Positions 55,527-64,000 of a stretch of DNA of 64,000 nucleotides are shown piece after piece. The notes under the pieces are model-generated. The model had not been told where the DNA came from, did no database searches, and worked only from the letters and a program-made list of their open reading frames with translations. The position numbers were made by a program, and so were the translations under genes. Source of the stretch: Chrysomallon squamiferum (lineage: Eukaryota; Animalia; Mollusca); assembly GCA_012295275.1 (NCBI GenBank), contig CM022667.1:1860001-1924000 (forward strand). Direction: 5' to 3'. Each line of letters starts with the position of its first letter. The first letter of the stretch is position 1.

Positions 55527-55528
<2 letters not shown>

Positions 55529-56482
55529 GAAACAAACCAAACCAAATAAAGCAACTAATTATTTCAGTTCTGTTACATTTAACATTTTCCGCCGAAAAAT
55601 ATATCTATATGAAAGATTGTAAGAAATACATTTTAAATTTTCGAGTTAGCATAAATAACTGGAAGCTTGCCATTTTCTCGATCTTAAGTCATGTGTACAA
55701 TTATTTTAAAGTGGTGCATAAAATGTCAGTCTGTTAAATCAGTGAATTAGGAGGTTGCCATTTTTATTTATTTATTTTTTTCATTTTTATTTTACTTGTG
55801 AAGAAAAACATCGCTAAACATTTCAGTAAGTGAAATCTCTGAATGGCTATGAAATTATTTAAATTTTAGTACTCACTCAATAGGAAAAGCAAGTTTTCTA
55901 AAGATTTCAAGAAAATTTTTGTGGTGATTGATTTTATTTCAGTTCGTGATTTATTTAAATCATCAATCAAATGCTTTTTGTAACCGCCAATATTAAAAAA
56001 AAAGAAATATTGAACGTTTTACTTTTTTCTTGTTCACTATCCTTCTCTCCGTTTTTCCTTTTATCTCTCTTTCCTTCAACTTTTCAAATTACATACTGAT
56101 TCTCCAAATCTCACGTTTTATCATTTTTCCTTCTCTCTGAGCCTCCCTTATTCATCTTTTTCTCTTCTTACTCTCTTCAACCTTCCTTCTCTCTTTCTGT
56201 CTTTTTCTTCAACTTTCCACTCTTTGTCATTTAGATCTACACTAATTCCTTTCTCTCATTCAACCATTCGCTCTCTTTCTTTCTTTCTTTCCCTCTTTCT
56301 CTCTCTCATTTTCTCTCTTTCTCTCTCTCTGTTCTTTTCTTTCTCTCACTGCTTCTCCAGAGCTCTTTCTCTGTCATTCACTCACTCGTTCCCTCTATGC
56401 CTTTCTTTCTCCTTCCTTCCTTGATTCTCTCTCTCTCTCCCTCCCTCTCTATCCATCTCTCTCTCTGTCTGTCTGTCTGTAG

Positions 56483-56608
<126 letters not shown>

Positions 56609-56939
56609 CTTTCTCTCTCTGTCTGTCTGTCTGTCTGTCTGTCTCTGTGTCTCTCTCAGAAAGTTAACTTAGTACTTGAGACGCAGAACGAATCGGAAGA
56701 CAGCCTGAAGACACAGACTCGCTGATTTGAAACTGCGGGTGTTCTGTATTAAACTAATATTGACAGTTGCAGCTCCCGGAGACGATGGCCACGTCGATAC
56801 ACGTGAAGACCATCTTGAACGTACGCGTCTGATTAAACCACACATGACGCAGTTCAGCAGATCGCACAGGCCACGCAGCCCTCCCGCAGAGCGTATAATT
56901 ATGTCTTATCATTAGAAAGTTATATATTGGTATTTTCTG

Positions 56940-56992
<53 letters not shown>

Positions 56993-57835
56993 CTCTCTCT
57001 CTCTCTCTCTCTCTGCTCTGTGTGTATGTGTATATAAAAAATATATATATATATAATCATTCACATACAAATACACACACATATATATACATACATATAT
57101 ACATACATACATACATACATACATACAAACATACTTACGTACATATTTACATACATACATACTTATAATTAAGGAAGAAGTAATTTAAAAGTCTTAAAAT
57201 AAAAATCATTTCATTTCTCATACCAGTTAAGCTTATAGGAGGACTGCCACTCTATTTTTTTTTTTTTTTTAGACGGTACATAGCTTAACAAAGTTTGTCG
57301 GCTGACACGTCTGTTCCAGGCATCTTGATAAAGTTGTGTCTGTATTCACGACAAAGCAACAGATCTAAACACCTCAGCTTTCATGTAGGTCTTAGAGATG
57401 GGTTTTCTTTTTTTTTTTTTCTTTCTAATATCTTCTGCTTTCACTTTCCATTTCAAAGCTCTAAAAGTCTGAGGCTTAAGAACTGAAATCGTAAAGCCCG
57501 AGTGTTACACAGCGTGAGGCGAAAAAAAAAAACGTCGTTAGCTATTTTAAAAGTTTTATTATCCTCATTCGCATCCGTCGGAATTAAAGGAAAGAGTGTT
57601 GAAAATAACGCAGATTAAGTGTTGTTTTATCGCTTTGTGTGTCGTGCGGTCTTGCTATGAAGTAACAGCTATCTGTCCAGGATTCAGTATTCCGCGATTA
57701 CATTAAGTACACTGAAATATTGTTTTCTTCATCATTTGTTTTCATTTCCAATTCGGTAAAAATTCAAGTTAGGAATACAATGTGTGATAGAAAGGTCACT
57801 TCGACAGTAAATAAATAAATAAATAAATAAATAAG

Positions 57836-57920
<85 letters not shown>
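57836..57920. repeat. (AAT)n microsatellite
   Basis: Perfect run. Confidence 0.98.
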
Positions 57921-57922
<2 letters not shown>

Positions 57923-60900
57923 TTATAATAATTATACTAAAAAAAATAAACGCAATTAATAATGGAATTGTATTAATAAAACAGCACCAACGGCAAAACT
58001 AACAAAAATAATAATATGAATAACAACAGCAAATTTTAATATTACTACTCGAGTTACGTTACAGCCACTGCAACTGCTATTACAACTATTACGACTACTT
58101 CTACTAGTAATAGTAGCGCTATAAGTAGTAATAGTTATGGTAGCAACATACTAGTAATAGTATATATAATACAGTAGTTCAACAGTATTAGTATCATACT
58201 ACTGCAACTATAAGTATCATAATTTTACTAATATTATTACTACTACTGCTACTGCTGCTGCTGCTGCTACTACTACTACTGCTACTACTACTACAACTCC
58301 TTCCAATGATATTAATACAAAAAAACCCATTGCTGGTTGCTCATGCTATTACAACTAAAAAAATAGAATCGATCCAAAGCTTATGAAAACGAACATTCGA
58401 CGATTATAACATTTCCGCACTTCTTTAGCATACAAGATGCAATCCGATCCGTGCAAATATTTCTCTTCCATCTGAATTGTTCAACTTGCAGTGATAGGAA
58501 ATATCATAAACTTGTCAGTTTGTTAGCCTTTTACAGACTCGAGCTACGCAAACAAGAAGACCATGATCAATATGAGGAAGCCGCAGCCTATTAACAAATA
58601 ACACCTACAAACACGTGCAGAGAGAGAGAGAGAGTCACTGTTTGCTTAAGCGATAACTCACAACATTAATTATAAATTCCTAAGATAATGAAGAGAGTTA
58701 AAGTTTACGCATATGAGCTGAACGTCGGCTGAAACCGCGGAGGCAAAACAAAATAATAATATAATAATAATAATGAAGAAGCTGATATTTTTAATAGAAT
58801 GAAGTTGTACTGAAAAGAAAATAATAATAATGATAGAATAGGAAACTGTTATGTTTTCTTCTGTTTGATTCTGTTGGACTCATACTAAGGACTGTGAGTG
58901 GTGAGTATAGTATTATTTGTCTGCTTGTTTGTTTGTCTGTTTGTCTGTCTGTGTATCTCCTACAGAAACATACATATACATACATACATACATAGATACT
59001 TTCAGGCTTACATACATACACACATATATACATAAGTACATACATACACACACATGCATACATACATACTTACACACATACATACATACATACATACTTA
59101 CACACATACGTACATACATACATTATATCCATATATATATATATATATATAAACACAAACACATACAAATGCACATACATATATTTATAAGCACACGTAT
59201 ATACGCACATACATATACATATGCGCTCATATCTATATCTACCTATCTGTTTATCTGTCTGTTTCTCTGTATGATTGTCTGTCAGTTTGTCTATCTATAC
59301 ATATCTCTGTACACCTATGTCACTAGAGATATTTCTCTATTTCTGTCTTCTTTCTATCTGTCCATCTATCTCTAATTATCTGTCTATTCTTCCATCCATC
59401 CATACCTCCTTTTCTCCATTCATAAATCCATATAATCATTTATTTACTTATTTATTTATTAAATTACATAATTCTTTTTTTACATTTTTCCATTACGAAG
59501 ATGAAAATACGTGATTTATGTTATTATCCTTTGCACAGCGTCTTGCGTTTATCTAATTACTTACTTCCGTTCATGTTTCTTGTCTGCCATGGTAACAGTC
59601 GTCATTATGACGTCATTTAATATTATTAAACATGACAGATGTGACATATCTGGTATTTTTGTTGTTACTTGTTTTCGAAACGTAATATTATTAATAATGT
59701 GCATATTGCGATTTCAAAAATGAACTCTGTGACATATAATTTGAAAATGCATGACGAAGAAAAGAAACAGAAAGAAAGAAATTATGAAGAAAAAAGAGAA
59801 AGAAAAACTCACTCGCTCGCTCACTTACTCACTCACTCACTCACTCATTTACTCACTCACTCTTCTTAAGAATCCCAGAAGTTATTTATTTATTTATTTA
59901 TTTGTTCTTGACATTTTTGTCAATTTATTGTTTTGTTTCTGTGTACATTCCCATACAAATGTATACTTTAACGTGCACTCAAACGCACACAAACACACAC
60001 ACACGTACACATACCCACATCCACGCACGCACACACACACACACACACACACAGAAGAACGTTTTAATAATTATTATTAATTCGATATCATAATAAAAAC
60101 TTATGCGTTTTAAGATCATACTTTTAGTATGCATTTTGAGTGAGTGAGTGAGATACATACATACATACTAGTTAATAATAATGATATATTATATACAAAA
60201 ATCATATTCAAATAAAATCACTTATTTGATCAATCATTATTTTCAAGAGGAAAATTAATACACTTCAGAATTAATTTTATCAATAAAACACACCTGCGGC
60301 AAAGAACGACCTTGAAAAAAATATTTAAACATGTTTTTTTTTTTCTTTCTTTCTTTCTTTTTTACTTCTTAATATACGGTTTTAAAAAAGGAGTTCATAT
60401 ACGTTATATTTAAAATGACTTTAGCCAGGTTTGGACGAATTATATTACCCAGGAAAAATGTTCAACAGTATTTAACAAAGTAGTCTTTTGTTTAATAATA
60501 ACAACAATTATCATCGTCATCATCATTATCATTATGGTTTTACATTTCGATATATGTAATGACGTCATAAAACAACGTAAATTATCAGCCTCGCTACTTG
60601 CTATAATACTGTGTAATTAGGAAAGGTTGGTTTATGAAAAAAAATAAAAAATCCAAAACGAAGTAGTTCAAATGTATTTATGTAATTTCTTTTTTAGCAG
60701 AAGTAAACAGATAGACTTCAAGAAAATGTCAGGAAGATAATTCTGAGAAAAACTTCAGGTGTAAAACACATACAGATCTTGTGAAGCTGGATATTTTGAA
60801 ATATGCTTGAAGATCTGTTGTCAGTTATGTTGCAAATTGTTTCAAAAATAATTTTTTCCATGAAATAAGTATTCACACATGGACGCAATAAAACATACTG

Positions 60901-61262
60901 ATAAGAAATATTTTAAATATCGTGCTGTTAAAAGTAAAATAATACCACACTGCAATGAAAATGCACATTTTATGGTCGAGTTTACATTAAATATAATAAT
61001 ATTATCCTAGCGATTGTGTTCAGTCAGTTAAAAATTATGGTTATATACAGTCATATGGCAAGTGGGGGTTTTGTAAGACTGAAACAAAGTTAAAAGGCTC
61101 ACACACAGTATAACAATTACAGAGGCGAGGAGAGAGCGTTTAAGAATTAGCTTGGGACACAGTATCGTTATAATCTGTGTTTGTTGGTTAATGTGATGTC
61201 CCCAGTGACTCGTTACTGCTGTATAAAGAGGCTGAGGTACGTAGTTCATATCAGTGGGAATA

Positions 61263-61335
61263 AGAATACATTTTTATATTTATGGAAATGAGAATGTATT
61301 CTTATATTTATGGAAATGAGAATATATTTTTATAT
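61263..61335. repeat. 28-bp tandem repeat, about 2.6 copies (AGAATRYATTYTTATATTTATGGAAATG)
   Basis: Units start at 61263, 61291 and 61319. Confidence 0.9.
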
Positions 61336-61390
61336 CTCCGGAGGAAAAAAAAAAATAGATGAAAAAAGATGTCTTTAAGGATGGTTCATT

Positions 61391-61668
61391 CATACACACA
61401 CACACACACACACAGACACACATACATAGACACATACAGACACAGACACACATACAGACATACACACACAGACACACAGACACACACAGGCACAGACACA
61501 CACAAACACATAGAGATACACACAGCTACAGACATACATAGACATACACAGACATACATACACAGACAGACATACTCACACAGACACACAGACAGAGACA
61601 GAGATAGACATACACAGACAGACACACATACACAGACAGACAGACATACACACACGCACGCTCACACA
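61391..61668. repeat. Compound (CA/GA/TA)n region
   Basis: Directly visible. Confidence 0.93.
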
Positions 61669-63363
61669 ATCTGGTTTAATCAGTCAGGTCGTTTATTAAT
61701 TCGTCCATTTATTGTCTTCATTCATTCGTTCGTTTGCTCGTTCATTTGCATATTCTTTTATTCATTCATTCACTCATTCGTTCGTTCATTCATACATTAA
61801 TTCACTCATTCGTTCGTTCATTCATACATTAATTCAACAGCAGTGCACATCGTTCTATTCTTTATTAAATCACTTATATCGGTCACGCATTCAAACATTA
61901 ATCATCAATTCATCTCCATTCATCTATCCCCTGTCAGAAGATTTATTCATAATAACTAAATCATTCATTAATTCATTCACGTGTCGTCAGTCTATATCTA
62001 TTTATGCCTTATTTAAGGCCATGCTGTAACATATTCAAATCATTTCAATACAAACACACGCACACACAAACACACGCATTCATACTCAGAAGAGAGACAG
62101 AAATAGACTAACACAGAATAGACACACACACACACACACACACACACACAAGCACACATCTATCTATCTGACTGTCTTTTTATCTGTTTTTTTTTTCTGT
62201 TTTTTTCTCTTTTTCATTCTTAAAAGTTGTTACAGCATTTCTAAATGTTTATTCAGGAGATCTTTCAGTCTAATGCATCGCTGATTGACAACAGATACTT
62301 TTTTTCAGATAACGCAGAATAAACCCGTGTCGATATTTTTTATTGGAATCGTTCATACACGTCTTTATCTTTCCATCTTTCGGTTCTTGAGCGGATTAAC
62401 TTAATACCCATTTGTAAATCGATACATTTCATTTAATCCTGCAAACACGACGAAGTCTTTGGAGTCCCTAGGAACTTTTTTTTTTTTGGGGGGGGGGGAG
62501 AAATAGCGAGTTGGGGATATTATTTTTTTTGTGTGGTTAAAACCAGGGAAAATGTGTTGATTTTGGAGAAACATAGACTCTTGTTGGTTTTTCTCTTAAG
62601 GCAACAGACTGACACGGAGCCAAAGTGTTTGCGGAGGACTCGAGCAGAATGTCCGAGTGAATGGAAACGGGTTGATCGATGAAAAAAAAAATCCCCCATC
62701 ACTGTTTTTCCCGTTCTCGACATCGTCTGATCACACACAGCCTATGGTGGTCGGACAGTTTAATAACAACGCCGATGATGATCTCCAATTCCCAGACTGA
62801 TTTGAGAATTCACTGCTCGCTAATGAAAACTTGATTACGTCCTTTGAAGAACTCAATGAAAACACGTTGGGTTTAGCGACAGCTGAGTGTATCTTGTGTT
62901 AACAGTTAATGTGTGGTCGAGACTCGAGGTTTATCTTTTCTGGTGCTCATTTCAGAAGAGAGGAAATTCCTAGTCCTTTCTTCATTGCCTATTCTATCTT
63001 TTTTCATTTATTTTTTTTGTTGTTAGCAGAATTTTTTTTTTTTTGATATGCACCGTCCCATACACAGTAAACTTCAAATTCTAATGATGGAATAGAAAAT
63101 TCGTTATTTATTTATTTATTTATTTATCATACTATGTGTTAAATGTGCCTTGAAATGACTTTTAATTTTTCACTTTTACATTTTATTATTATTACTATTT
63201 TATTGTTTTCATTATTATTTTTTTAGGCTGTTCCTTCCATACTGACGATTGAATTTATTTATTTATTTACTTGTCTATTTATTATTTCGCTGACAAAAAC
63301 GTAATGCAGCCAACAGAAATAAAATTTAGGCACTTATTTTCTATTTTCTCTTTTGAGGATGGC

Positions 63364-63411
<48 letters not shown>

Positions 63412-63736
63412 TAATTTTCTATTTACCTGTTTTTATAAAATAAAATTAAAAAGTATAGAACCAAACTGCATTTAACTCATCTAGATTAATACATTTCTAA
63501 AACCTTTCTTTCTTGAAGCGGTAGAAATGTTTTGATACCTGTACTTGTATAAAAAGTTATAGTAATAATTAAGCTATAAGATTTTTTTCTTCTTTGTAAG
63601 TCTTCTATAGGATTCATATGAAAGAGCTGTAAGAAAAAAAAAAACCACAAGGAAGACATTTTAACTGTTAAAAACCCTTGGTGATACGAAGACATAGTCT
63701 AAATATAGACTGCATAAATTCAAATTATATACCGGA

Positions 63737-63779
<43 letters not shown>

Positions 63780-64000
63780 TACTACTATTATTATTCATCC
63801 AAATTTAATTAATAACGAAATATAACAAGAACAGTGCATTTTAATAAAATCAGGTAGCCACGGTTTATTTTTAGACATGACGTCATCATCAACCTTTCTG
63901 ACAAATTTGCTCTATAAGAGTCTTGTATTATTATCAGAAAAATACAGCGATCAGTCTCACACATATGTGATGACATCACATCGTCTTTCTAAAGTTTTAA

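Noticed and set aside
62744-62902. ATG-initiated frame continuing through an in-frame TGA (readthrough or selenocysteine idea)
   Set aside because: It is short, has no recognisable selenoprotein motif and no SECIS is evident; chance is sufficient.

Overview
AT-rich (roughly 30% GC by eye) eukaryotic DNA, most likely a large intron or intergenic region of an invertebrate animal. The dense mix of (CA)n, (TA)n, (AG)n, (AAT)n, (ACT)n, (AAAT)n, (ATAC)n and (ATTC)n tracts resembles mollusc, especially cephalopod, genomes, but that assignment is inference only. Nearly all supplied ORFs are translations of microsatellites. I recognise no protein family, rRNA, intact tRNA, CRISPR array or autonomous transposon. 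Supported features: many simple repeats; several minisatellites (a ~45-bp array of about 20 units at 47.7-48.6 kb, a 123-bp higher-order repeat at 27.3 kb, a 22-bp degenerate array at 20.9 kb); two pogo/Tigger-type DNA transposon remnants; a possible decayed tRNA or SINE head; and short CpG-richer unique islands. The palindrome TGACGTCA is strongly over-represented (at least 16 copies). A few short splice-flanked segments could be exons of a dispersed gene, but none is proven. I found no convincing evidence of a new biological system; the leads below are modest.
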